From positions 1 through 56,193 of the IMG/VR virus record IMGVR_UViG_3300020198_001070: a stretch of DNA of 56,193 nucleotides, one strand, 5' to 3'. Under the pieces are notes generated by a model. It did no database searches, had not been told where the DNA came from, and was given only the letters and a program-made list of their open reading frames with translations. The stretch is from a virus (Duplodnaviria > Caudoviricetes). Positions 40,998 through 50,499 of the stretch are shown here, piece by piece; within the stretch, counting starts at the first letter, position 1; each line of letters starts with the position of its first letter. The translations under genes and the position numbers were made by a program.

Positions 40998-42083
40998 ATG
41001 TTGTGGATATTACTTTTTTTATTACCTTTAACTTCCTATGCAGATATAGGTTCTGTGTCAGAAGTTAATGGTTCTGATTGTAATATAGAACGAAATAAAC
41101 AAAAATTATCTGGTATTAAAGGTTCTTCTATTGAATCAATGGATATCTATATAACAGGTGGTTGTGTTAGTAACATTACATTTAAAGATGATACAAAAGT
41201 TAAAATTAACGAAAATAGTAGACTACTGATTGATGATTTTGTATTTGATCCAAAACAAAGTGATGCTGGTAAATTAGCATTAAAGGTCGGTATGGGAACA
41301 GTAAGATATGCATCAGGTCAAATAGCAAAAGCAAATCCACAACAAGTGGGTATAAAAACCCCAACTGCTGCAATTGCTGTTCGTGGCACAGATTTCACTA
41401 TGACAGTTGACGAAGCTGGTCAAAGCTTAGTTATGTTGATCCCTAGCTGCAAAGATGAAGCCGACGTAAAACAATATGAATTACAAGAAAATATATGCAA
41501 AGTTGGTAAAATAGAAGTTGAAAATTCAGCTGGAAAAGTTGTGTTAGATAAAGCATTTGAAGCAACATACGTCCAAAGTGAAACAACGATGCCTAGTCCA
41601 CCAACAATTGTCAATACGGTTGAATCAAAAATTAATAATTCATTAATTCTTGCTAAACCAATTGAAGTGCAACGTGCAGTAAAGGAAGCTAATAAATCTC
41701 CAAAAGATAAAGAAATGGAGGAATTAGAAGCTGAAGCTGGAAGACGTTTAAGTGCACAAGTTAAGCAATCCCAAGATGAAATTGACCAAGCTCGTGTCAT
41801 AAGATTAATGGAGCTTGCTGGATTACTTGGATGTAATGCAATATCCAGTGTTTGTGTTTCATGGGATAAACCAGATGCTGAAATGCAATTAAAAGGAAAA
41901 GGAATAGCATTTAGATTTTCACCTGATAAGCATTATGCAGAAATTAAAACACAAGGATTTGATTCAAATACTAGCATATCCGTAATTCAAGATGATATTC
42001 CAGCATCAACAATTATAGGTTCAGGTGATCCAGGTGGTAATATTGTTAATATTAAACAAAATAGTGGTGTATTAAAAAAATGA
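40998..42083 (+). CDS. FecR-domain periplasmic protein
   Basis: ITFKDDTKV.INENSRL.ID, GTVRY.SG, KTPTAAIAVRGTDF. Confidence 0.8.
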   Translation: MLWILLFLLPLTSYADIGSVSEVNGSDCNIERNKQKLSGIKGSSIESMDIYITGGCVSNITFKDDTKVKINENSRLLIDDFVFDPKQSDAGKLALKVGMGTVRYASGQIAKANPQQVGIKTPTAAIAVRGTDFTMTVDEAGQSLVMLIPSCKDEADVKQYELQENICKVGKIEVENSAGKVVLDKAFEATYVQSETTMPSPPTIVNTVESKINNSLILAKPIEVQRAVKEANKSPKDKEMEELEAEAGRRLSAQVKQSQDEIDQARVIRLMELAGLLGCNAISSVCVSWDKPDAEMQLKGKGIAFRFSPDKHYAEIKTQGFDSNTSISVIQDDIPASTIIGSGDPGGNIVNIKQNSGVLKK

Positions 42084-43192
42084 TTAAATTAATAGTGTTA
42101 TTTCTAATGTCATTTTCAGTATTTGCTACTTCATTTACTGATATTAAATTTGGACAATCACAAATAGCTGATAGTCAGTGGAACGTAAGTGCTTGTATGT
42201 ATACATCCACATGTCAAATTTATAGTAAAGCACCAGGAACTGCATATAAAATACCGTGGACATCTGGTAGACTTAGCTGGGCAACTGGAGATTATGTTGC
42301 ATTCGTTGCAACAGGAAATACAGCAAACCCTTGGCAAGCAATACAATATAATAGTAGTGGCGTTCAAAAAGCAGTTATGGGAAATGGTCATATTATTAAT
42401 ATGGGCACCAATTACTTATTTTTTGTTGGATACGATAATAACACTGGTCAATTATTTTCACCAACAACAGGAATGAATAGTTCTGCAGGGGTAACTTGGA
42501 CTGGAACATTAAATCCATCAGTTTCACAACTTAATACTGCTGCATCTAGTTGGACAACAGCACCGTTGTCACCTGGACAAACATATACAGCTGTTTCTAG
42601 TTTATGTTGTGGTGGAAGTAGTTCATCATTTACAGCAAATACCACTAATACATCAAAAGTTAATACATTCATCACCAGAACATCTGGTGATGATAAAGTC
42701 ACAGTAGAACAAATTGGATCCACTAATAGTATTATTATAGACCAATCTGGTACACCCAATAATTACACAAAATATTATAGTAATGGTGATTATAATTCAA
42801 CTACTATTTCACAATCTTCGTCTAGTACATCTGCCACGAATTATACTGAACTTTCCTTGGTTGGTAGCAATAATAATATTTCATTAACACAACAAAGTTC
42901 TGGTGGTATAAAAAGTGCATTTGTTGATATTGCTAATAACAATAATTCAGTTACATTATTACAAAAAGATAATGGGAATCATTATGCTGATATCACATTA
43001 TCGGGTGGAAATAAAACAGTTGATGTATCACAACAGGGATCTGGAAGTCACCAAGCTAGTGTAACATTATCTGGTCAGCCTTCTTCATTGAATTTGATTC
43101 AGCGCGGAAGTTCTACACAATTTTATTCAATAAATTTCAATTGTGCAACATCAGGTGGGTGTGTCGCAATTCAAGTTCAACAAGGTCAATAA
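42080..43192 (+). CDS. Secreted protein with C-terminal curlin-like repeats
   Basis: Signal peptide; VEQIGSTN, DQSG..N, SQQGSG repeats. Confidence 0.7.
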   Translation: MIKLIVLFLMSFSVFATSFTDIKFGQSQIADSQWNVSACMYTSTCQIYSKAPGTAYKIPWTSGRLSWATGDYVAFVATGNTANPWQAIQYNSSGVQKAVMGNGHIINMGTNYLFFVGYDNNTGQLFSPTTGMNSSAGVTWTGTLNPSVSQLNTAASSWTTAPLSPGQTYTAVSSLCCGGSSSSFTANTTNTSKVNTFITRTSGDDKVTVEQIGSTNSIIIDQSGTPNNYTKYYSNGDYNSTTISQSSSSTSATNYTELSLVGSNNNISLTQQSSGGIKSAFVDIANNNNSVTLLQKDNGNHYADITLSGGNKTVDVSQQGSGSHQASVTLSGQPSSLNLIQRGSSTQFYSINFNCATSGGCVAIQVQQGQ

Positions 43193-43231
43193 TAGATAAA
43201 TACAATGCTAGACAACTTATAGGAGAATACT

Positions 43232-43306
43232 ATGATTTGGGGGATACCTACGTACAACGATATTAGATTGGGATTTGAAGTCACCTGTTATATCAGTAAT
43301 CGTTAG
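43232..43306 (+). CDS. pqqA: PQQ precursor peptide PqqA (24 aa), not in the ORF track
   Basis: AGGAG RBS at 43221; MIWGIPTYNDIRLGFEVTCYISNR matches the W-x-x-P-x(3)-D-x-R-x-G-F-E-V-T-x-Y-x-x-N-R PqqA pattern with ExxxY. Confidence 0.9.
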   Translation: MIWGIPTYNDIRLGFEVTCYISNR

Positions 43307-43347
43307 TTAAATGGTGCATTACTAGCACGTTTAACTATAAGGTTATT

Positions 43348-44220
43348 ATGACAGTCTTAATATTGACTAAACAAAAAGATTCAGATTATGAAACTACAAA
43401 ACTTTTAAACAGTTTTATTGAAAAAAATATTTCCGTCAAAATTTGTTATTTTAATAGATTTGATATTGTGATAAATCATGGTATTTTTTATGATGGTGAA
43501 CGGATAGATAACCCAAAAATAGTACTTGTGAGACTTGGTGCTGGCATTACTCGAGCAGAATTATCAGTGATACGTTTTTTTGAATTGATACAGATTCCGT
43601 GTTATAATACAAGTGATAGTATAAATCTAGTTCAAGATAAATTCCAAACAAGTGAAATATTGGCAGCAGTGAACATCGCTGTTCCACATACGATGGTTGT
43701 TAAAACGCCAGTTAGAAATAATATAGTAAAAGATACTATTGGATTTCCGTGCGTCCTTAAAGTAAATGTTGGTAGTTTTGGAGAAGGCGTATATTTGTGC
43801 CATTCTGAACAAGAGTTTTTGAATTTAATCGAATTCGTTGATGCAATACACAATGAAAAAACATTAATTGCTCAAGAATATTTAAGTGATAAACCAGGAA
43901 TGGATTTACGTGTATTCGTAGTTGGTGACAAAGTTATCGGTGCAATGAAAAGAATTGCCCCTAAAGGTGACTTTCGTGCTAATATAACACATGGTGGAAC
44001 TGGTGAAGAATTTAAAGTTTCAAAAGAAATAGAAGAAATTGCTCTTAAAACAGCAAAAGTTTTAGGTTTAACTATTGCAGGAATAGATCTACTATTTGAT
44101 GCCCGTGGGTTTAGGGTTTGTGAAGCAAATTCAAATCCAGGGTTTATTGGGTTTGACAAATATTGCAATACTGACATAGCAAATGAAATAACATCATTTA
44201 TTATTAGTAAAATTCAATGA
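43348..44220 (+). CDS. rimK: RimK-family ATP-grasp ligase
   Basis: DKFQT, GSFGEGV, QEY, DLRVFVVG, DFRANITHGG, AGIDLL, CEANSNPG. Confidence 0.88.
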   Translation: MTVLILTKQKDSDYETTKLLNSFIEKNISVKICYFNRFDIVINHGIFYDGERIDNPKIVLVRLGAGITRAELSVIRFFELIQIPCYNTSDSINLVQDKFQTSEILAAVNIAVPHTMVVKTPVRNNIVKDTIGFPCVLKVNVGSFGEGVYLCHSEQEFLNLIEFVDAIHNEKTLIAQEYLSDKPGMDLRVFVVGDKVIGAMKRIAPKGDFRANITHGGTGEEFKVSKEIEEIALKTAKVLGLTIAGIDLLFDARGFRVCEANSNPGFIGFDKYCNTDIANEITSFIISKIQ

Positions 44221-44221
44221 C

Positions 44222-46267
44222 ATGATTAAAAAAATAATTGTAAGTCCTTGGACGGCATTGTTAACATTATTGCTGGTTATCAGTGTTCGAATATCAGACC
44301 CTGTGTTTGTCGAAAGCATTAGGTTACGGTATTTTGATACGTTAATCACATCCAAACCTACCACAGAAAATAACATATTTACAGTTAATATTGATGAAGA
44401 ATCTATCAACCAATATGGACAATGGCCATTTAAACGTGATATATATGCAAACATAATACAAAATTTATACCAACATAATGCTGGATTAGTAGTATTTAAT
44501 GTATTAATGCCAGAAATAGACAGGCAGGGTGGTGATAACGTATTACAAGATGTATTATCATCATACCCAGTTATTCTACCAAATATACCATCTGATATTT
44601 CCAAAAATACCCCAAAAATACCGGGTTCAGCAGTATTAAATCCAGAATACTTAGATAGAGTTATACAATACCCAGGAATTATTGCAAATATTCCATCATT
44701 AGAAGATATTGCAGCCGGGGTCGGTACTGTTAATACATTACCGGAAATAGATGGTGTTAATCGACGGATACCATTGATAGTAACAGTCAACGACAAATTA
44801 TACCCAGCACTTAGTTTAGAAACATTACGTGTTGCGGCAGGTGATACGACATTTCAAGTAAAATTGAGTGAATTAGGTGTTGAAAAAATGCGTATACCCG
44901 CATTTGGTCCTATAACAACAGATAATTTAGGTAGAATATGGATAGATTGGAGTCAATCAGCGACCAGTATAAGTCTTTCCAATATTCCAAATGATTTGGG
45001 TGGGGCAATTGTGATAGTTGGTCCAACAGCTGCTGGAATAGGCAATCCTATACCAACAGCGAAAGGGGCAATTTTTCCACACGAAACACAAGCATCAGTA
45101 ATTGGTACTATGTTGAATAACGTAGTTATTCAACGACCTGATTACGCAGATGGTATGGAAATACTAAGTGTGTTACTAGCGGGGATGTTATTACTTGCAT
45201 TGACAAGATGGATTTATATTGGGTTACTATCAATTGTTATAGTATCTGTTGGTGCAGTTTTGGGTAGCAGGTATGTATTTTCACAGTATCTATACCTTAT
45301 CGATGTGACTTTTTTTATTAGTAGTATTGTGTTAACATCATTGCATGCATATGGTGTTAAATTTTTAAGTGAATTCTTCCAAAAACAGCAAATCAAAAAA
45401 CAATTCGGTTCATATGTAAGTCCGGTAATTGTTGAACGTTTACAAAAAAATCCTAATCTTATTAAATTGGGCGGCGAAGAAAAAATGCTGTCAGCAGTAA
45501 TGACAGATATGCGGAACTTCACGGGGTTAGGTGAAAAATATGGGTCTGATGTAGAAGGGTTTACTTCTATTATGAATGAATACATGACTACAATCAGTGT
45601 CCCGGTATTTGCAAATGATGGATGTTTAATTAAATTCATTGGTGATGCGTCTTTACATATTCATGGTGCACCATTAGATGATTCACGACACGCATACCAC
45701 GCGGTAAAAACTGCGATTGAAATGATTCAAGCAGTTGATGATTTTAATAAGCATTTGCATTCAATTGGAAAACCACCAGTTGGCATGGGGGCTGGTGTAA
45801 ATACTGGTAAAATTCTAGTAGGTAATATTGGCAGTTCTGGCAAAATGGGGTATGATGTATTAGGTGACCCAGTATCAGTAGCTAGTCGATTAGAAGGGCA
45901 AACAAAAAGTTATGGTGTATTATTATTAATTGGTCCAGATACATTTAATGATGTAAAAAATGATTTTCATTGCTTTGAACTAGATTGCATTGCTCTTAAA
46001 GGAAAATCTATTGGATTACATATCTATACACCATTGTTCAATAATGACAACTTTAACCAACCGGATGCAGAACGACATGCTTATATGATTGAAGCATACC
46101 GTGCGCAAGATTTTGACACTGCCGAAATAATGACGCGTAGTTTATTTGGTTGTTTTGGTGGTGAATTAGACCATTACTATGAATTATGGCTGGACAGAAT
46201 CAATATTATGAAAGAATTATCATTACCATCTGATTGGGATGGAATTTATCGAGCTACATCAAAATAA
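44222..46267 (+). CDS. CHASE2-domain membrane class III adenylate cyclase
   Basis: IDEESI..YGQWPF.R CHASE2, 3 TMs, MTDMRNFT, KFIGDA, YDVLGDPVSVASRLEG. Confidence 0.92.
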   Translation: MIKKIIVSPWTALLTLLLVISVRISDPVFVESIRLRYFDTLITSKPTTENNIFTVNIDEESINQYGQWPFKRDIYANIIQNLYQHNAGLVVFNVLMPEIDRQGGDNVLQDVLSSYPVILPNIPSDISKNTPKIPGSAVLNPEYLDRVIQYPGIIANIPSLEDIAAGVGTVNTLPEIDGVNRRIPLIVTVNDKLYPALSLETLRVAAGDTTFQVKLSELGVEKMRIPAFGPITTDNLGRIWIDWSQSATSISLSNIPNDLGGAIVIVGPTAAGIGNPIPTAKGAIFPHETQASVIGTMLNNVVIQRPDYADGMEILSVLLAGMLLLALTRWIYIGLLSIVIVSVGAVLGSRYVFSQYLYLIDVTFFISSIVLTSLHAYGVKFLSEFFQKQQIKKQFGSYVSPVIVERLQKNPNLIKLGGEEKMLSAVMTDMRNFTGLGEKYGSDVEGFTSIMNEYMTTISVPVFANDGCLIKFIGDASLHIHGAPLDDSRHAYHAVKTAIEMIQAVDDFNKHLHSIGKPPVGMGAGVNTGKILVGNIGSSGKMGYDVLGDPVSVASRLEGQTKSYGVLLLIGPDTFNDVKNDFHCFELDCIALKGKSIGLHIYTPLFNNDNFNQPDAERHAYMIEAYRAQDFDTAEIMTRSLFGCFGGELDHYYELWLDRINIMKELSLPSDWDGIYRATSK

Positions 46268-46432
46268 GGAACCCATGAAAAAAGAAATATGTCAACGACC
46301 GGTTATATGATAATGTCAGCTTGTTTAATGATAATAATTTTTGCAGTGACATTTATATGTTTTATACAAATAGTTTTCAGTAATATTTGGGATTGTGTAG
46401 TTGATACAAAATATCGGCTATTTCACAAATAA

Positions 46433-46516
46433 CGCTACACTTTTTGAACCACTGGTAGCGAATCAGTGGCCCAAAGGTAGTAGGCACCTGTTGCCACGTA
46501 ACAACGTACGGTCCTA
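46433..46516 (-). ncRNA. Candidate pseudoknotted RNA element
   Basis: Minus strand 12-bp stem TTTGGGCCACTG/CAGTGGTTCAAA; loop CGCTAC pairs with downstream GTAGCG. Confidence 0.45.
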
Positions 46517-47332
46517 GGCAAGTTCTTGAAGTTTGTCTTTGTACGAATCCAATTCTTGATATACCGATTTTAAAAATCTTCTATACGATTTTTCATATCC
46601 TGGTTCTGTTCGCCCACGCATCTTACTGTAATCATGCGTAGAACGGGATGCAATATTCTTTAAAAATATATTAATTCCTTGCAATTGTTCATCGGTTGGG
46701 AGTTTATATATTTTATTGATAAGTTCTACAGCGGCTTGTTGACCATATGCGGCAATTTCATCAGGTTGGGATTTGTAAATTTCACGAGCTTTAATTTCTT
46801 CATCGGTGGTAGCAAACTTGTCCTGAACCAATGCAGTAAAAAATTTCACTTTCTCCCGTTCTATATACCCATGTTTATATTCATACCGCTGACCTTGCTG
46901 CACCTGAAGTGCATGTGTTAACTCATGTAGAAAAATCATAGCCATTTTGTTAACAATAGCGGTTAACGCATTTTCAAAATCAGTATCACCGCTAAGTTGA
47001 TTGATTTTTATCGTTATTAGATTTGCTATCAATTTCGTTGTCATATTAATGGTGTTATTTTCTTCCAAATATGACCCAGTACCTTGTTTTAAATTCACAA
47101 ATCTAATATTAATGTCATTATTATAAGTAGTTTTAACAAATGCGGTCAACCCGGTTTTAATAGCAGAAGTAAATAAATTATTATATTTTGCTAAAAATTC
47201 AACCACCATAGGTTTTGGTAAGGTATCTTTTTTATTAAAAATCGGGGTAATTGCATCTAAAATTATAGAATTTACTTCTGGGGTTTTTTGGGATACCGAT
47301 ATTCGTTCACACAAACATTCTCGTATTCTCAT
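46514..47332 (-). CDS. HExxH metallopeptidase-like protein
   Basis: FLHELTHALQ...PDEIAAY. Confidence 0.65.
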   Translation of the reverse strand: MRIRECLCERISVSQKTPEVNSIILDAITPIFNKKDTLPKPMVVEFLAKYNNLFTSAIKTGLTAFVKTTYNNDINIRFVNLKQGTGSYLEENNTINMTTKLIANLITIKINQLSGDTDFENALTAIVNKMAMIFLHELTHALQVQQGQRYEYKHGYIEREKVKFFTALVQDKFATTDEEIKAREIYKSQPDEIAAYGQQAAVELINKIYKLPTDEQLQGINIFLKNIASRSTHDYSKMRGRTEPGYEKSYRRFLKSVYQELDSYKDKLQELA

Positions 47333-47347
47333 ACAATCACCATATTC

Positions 47348-48121
47348 TTAATAATCACTATTTTTCACCCAATTTGTCAAATTTTCCTGATACCTGTCGA
47401 TAGAGTGGTTAACAAAAAAATTAATATTTCCTTTTTTAATTCCGGTAAAAAATCCCCTAACTCTATCTTTAACAATTTGCCATGATGTCATCTGTCTGAC
47501 TTGCCCATAATGATTCATATAATGTAATTCACCATGATGTTTATATCGACCAATTGGGTTACGTGTTACGATATCAGCATTATTAACCCATCTATGGTGA
47601 GTTAACTCAATTCCGTACATTAACCCAACATAAGCACCATTACCAACCCGTGGGCTACCATACGTAAATAATGCCACTGGATTTGGCATGTCATATAACC
47701 GTTTACACCGGGTTGCAATTAATGTTGCCATTGCTGCACCTAAACTATGACCAGTTAAATATATGTCCTTATGCTTCCCATATTGTTTTAACTTGTTAGA
47801 AATATCACCCCAAATGTTATCAACACTTTGCTTGAATCCTTTATGAACTTTACCGAATCCGGAACTACTGGTGACTAACATAACTCTTAAATCTGCAATT
47901 ATATCAGAAAATTGAGTTGGTTGGGTGCCTCTACATACCACAACAACGTCATCATCATTAAATAGACAATACGCGTCACTTCCATTGACACTATAAAATT
48001 CTGAGTTAAACCCCAATTCTTTAAATAATGGGCCTGCAGTAGTCGGTGACTGATATGATATATTACTAAGTTTAGCAAATAATAAACTTTGCTCTTGAAA
48101 TGATAAATTCTTGATACACAT
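47348..48121 (-). CDS. Class 3 lipase
   Basis: VCRGT, VHKGF, LTGHSLGAA, TYGSPRVG, VNNADIV. Confidence 0.92.
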   Translation of the reverse strand: MCIKNLSFQEQSLLFAKLSNISYQSPTTAGPLFKELGFNSEFYSVNGSDAYCLFNDDDVVVVCRGTQPTQFSDIIADLRVMLVTSSSGFGKVHKGFKQSVDNIWGDISNKLKQYGKHKDIYLTGHSLGAAMATLIATRCKRLYDMPNPVALFTYGSPRVGNGAYVGLMYGIELTHHRWVNNADIVTRNPIGRYKHHGELHYMNHYGQVRQMTSWQIVKDRVRGFFTGIKKGNINFFVNHSIDRYQENLTNWVKNSDY

Positions 48122-48123
48122 GG

Positions 48124-48396
48124 TTATTCCTTTTTAAAATTATTATTTTTGGTATTGTCAACTTCTCTTATCTGTAAAACAGTATTCAATTTTGCGGTTA
48201 ATCGTAACAAATCATTATCACAACAACGAATTCTGTCAATGAGCGTAACCAATTCTTTACTTGCTTCTCCCAACACAGGATTAATCTCGTTTATCACAAA
48301 CGTCCATACATAATGAACCATTTTGAGCATATAAAAAGATGACACCATAGGAAACCCATAGTCGTTAATAAGTTCGGCTATTTCTGACATATTCAT
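48124..48396 (-). CDS. Small membrane protein, paralog 1
   Basis: YGFP plus TM plus LIDRIRCCDNDL coil. Confidence 0.7.
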   Translation of the reverse strand: MNMSEIAELINDYGFPMVSSFYMLKMVHYVWTFVINEINPVLGEASKELVTLIDRIRCCDNDLLRLTAKLNTVLQIREVDNTKNNNFKKE

Positions 48397-48416
48397 TTCT
48401 GTTTCCTGTTAAAAAG

Positions 48417-48701
48417 TCAATCGCGCCTCGAATCATGTTTTCCATCAGACCTGGCTATCCTATCCAAATCAGGTCTTAAACCAAGTACCGATGATATGGT
48501 TACATCTATTTTTATCAATTCATTTGACGCGGTTTTAACTCTATTTTCCAGGGCTACCACTATACTAGCCAATGTTCTTACCGCAACAATCACATCGTTT
48601 AATACAAACTTCAACGCGGTAAAAATAAAACTACCAAGTGCACCACACGCAATGATAGGAAAAATTGTGTCGGTAAATACTGATATCAATTCTTTGTTCA
48701 T
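48417..48701 (-). CDS. Small membrane protein, paralog 2
   Basis: IFPI plus TM plus LENRVKTASNEL coil. Confidence 0.7.
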   Translation of the reverse strand: MNKELISVFTDTIFPIIACGALGSFIFTALKFVLNDVIVAVRTLASIVVALENRVKTASNELIKIDVTISSVLGLRPDLDRIARSDGKHDSRRD

Positions 48702-48994
48702 GTGACGGCATTCATTACTTGCTGGACTTCATGATGTATCTTTTGCGGAAGCGGGGCCACCCCAAGTGAATCAGATACAAGTTTGTCAAGTTCAAGCACA
48801 TCAACATTCATTTGTCGTACCCGTCCATCCATTGACTTCATTAATCCAGTTAGTTTCTTAATTGATTTAACCACTGAATTAAGAACTAATGTTATTGCCT
48901 GTTGAATAAACCAGCCACACACTAACGCAAGCGTAATTGGAAAACCACATTTTTCAACAAGCATGAAAAAATCAGAACTAGCTATACCTTCCAT
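48698..48994 (-). CDS. Small membrane protein, paralog 3
   Basis: CGFPI plus TM plus MDGRVRQMNVDV coil. Confidence 0.7.
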   Translation of the reverse strand: MEGIASSDFFMLVEKCGFPITLALVCGWFIQQAITLVLNSVVKSIKKLTGLMKSMDGRVRQMNVDVLELDKLVSDSLGVAPLPQKIHHEVQQVMNAVT

Positions 48995-49281
48995 TATAAA
49001 TACCTACTCTTTAAAGTATTTATCACATTTTGTCAGTGTCAGTTACAAAATTGTTGTCAAGCTTACCAACATTACATAAATATTTATTAACACCAGTGTT
49101 ATTTGATGTATAATATATTCATTCTTGATCAACATTGAGATAAAACAAATGGGTAGAAATAACAAAATCACTGGAAACACAAGAGTCAAATCTCGCATTA
49201 AGAAGTATGTAAATTAATAAGTAAATACAGAGATTACCGTCACATCTAGTGACTTTTTTAAAATATAATATAGGTATAATT

Positions 49282-50109
49282 ATGAGTACAAATGAAGAAA
49301 ATGAAGATTTTAGCGTTTCTAATTCAGATGATGAAATTAATAGCTGTAATTTTTGGCAAAATACGCTAGTTGAAATGGGATTAGATAATATTACTGAAGA
49401 ATATGTAGATTTATCTAGCTATCTAGATCATTCAGATAACACTACAATTTTAGATTGGACCAACTGGGATGATTACCAATTATCATTTGATGATGATACA
49501 AATGGTGATGATGATGATTACCAATTATCATTTGATGATGATACAAATGGTGATGATGATTATCAATTATCATTTGATGATGATACAAATGGTGATGATG
49601 ATGATTACCAATTATCATTTGATGATGATACAAATGGTGATGATGATGATTACCAATTATCATTTGATGATGATACAATGTTAGATTGGACCAACTGGGA
49701 TGATTGCCAATTATCATTTGATGATGATACAAATGGTGATGATGATGATTACCAATTATCATTTGATGATGATACAATGTTAGATTGGACCAACTGGGAT
49801 GATTGCCAATTATCATTTGATGATGATACAAATGGTGATGATGCTGATTATCAATTATCATTTGATGCATTGATGGATTCAGAATCCGTAGAGACAGAGA
49901 CATTCACATTATTTAATTTTCAAGATTTTGGTTGGAATCAACTTGAAACTGACACCACAAATCACTGGTATTGTGACAATGTTGTAGTTGAACAATTCTT
50001 AATTGATGAACCGGACAATAGTATTGACCAATTTGAATTAGAATGTAATTTAATTCAAGATAATGACGGTGATGCATTGGCATTGATCGGTGTATTACCA
50101 TTCGTATAA
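49282..50109 (+). CDS. Extremely acidic repeat protein
   Basis: MSTNEE start; Asp-rich repeats; no Lys or Arg in the protein from this start. Confidence 0.6.
   Translation: MSTNEENEDFSVSNSDDEINSCNFWQNTLVEMGLDNITEEYVDLSSYLDHSDNTTILDWTNWDDYQLSFDDDTNGDDDDYQLSFDDDTNGDDDYQLSFDDDTNGDDDDYQLSFDDDTNGDDDDYQLSFDDDTMLDWTNWDDCQLSFDDDTNGDDDDYQLSFDDDTMLDWTNWDDCQLSFDDDTNGDDADYQLSFDALMDSESVETETFTLFNFQDFGWNQLETDTTNHWYCDNVVVEQFLIDEPDNSIDQFELECNLIQDNDGDALALIGVLPFV
49448..49867 (+). repeat. In-frame tandem array of two unit types (DDDYQLSFDDDTNG and MLDWTNWDDCQLSFDDDT)
   Basis: CAATTATCATTTGATG recurs nine times. Confidence 0.95.
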
Positions 50110-50229
50110 AGGAATCGTTGTAAGTTTATATGTAAGAAAATACAGAGATATATGGATTACTGTCACTAGACAAAAAACCGCCTCATCATCCGAGAATCGG
50201 CAATCTCTAGTGACTTTTTTTAAATAATG

Positions 50230-50495
50230 TAACTGTGAAGAATTAAAAGATTTGTTTAAAGAACAATATACAACAAGTGATACTGCAACAATAGAAAACG
50301 ATTTAATAAATCAAATATACCAAAAGGGTGGATTACGTGTGCTGAGTGGAGAGATTTTAGAAAAATAAATTAAACAGCGCATATGGAAGACATTGGTACA
50401 ATAATGGAGTAAAAAAATTATTATCTATATCCATCAGATAATAAAATCGCTGAAATGAATTTAGAAAAACGTAGACTCCATTTGAATGGATGATA
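50230..50495 (+). pseudogene. Possible decayed homing-endonuclease fragment
   Basis: Frame-broken NSAYGRHWYNNGVKK...YLYPSD...LEKRRL, like NUMOD-type C-termini. Confidence 0.3.
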
Positions 50496-50499
50496 TGGG

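Noticed and set aside
43232-43350. PqqA-RimK fusion by amber readthrough
   Set aside because: The rimK ATG is out of frame and the pqqA frame hits TGA after 14 further codons
49448-49867. Possible CRISPR array
   Set aside because: Repeats are in-frame coding units with no unique spacers, and no cas genes are nearby
49442-49903. His-rich minus-strand ORF
   Set aside because: Antisense shadow of the GAT-rich Asp repeats
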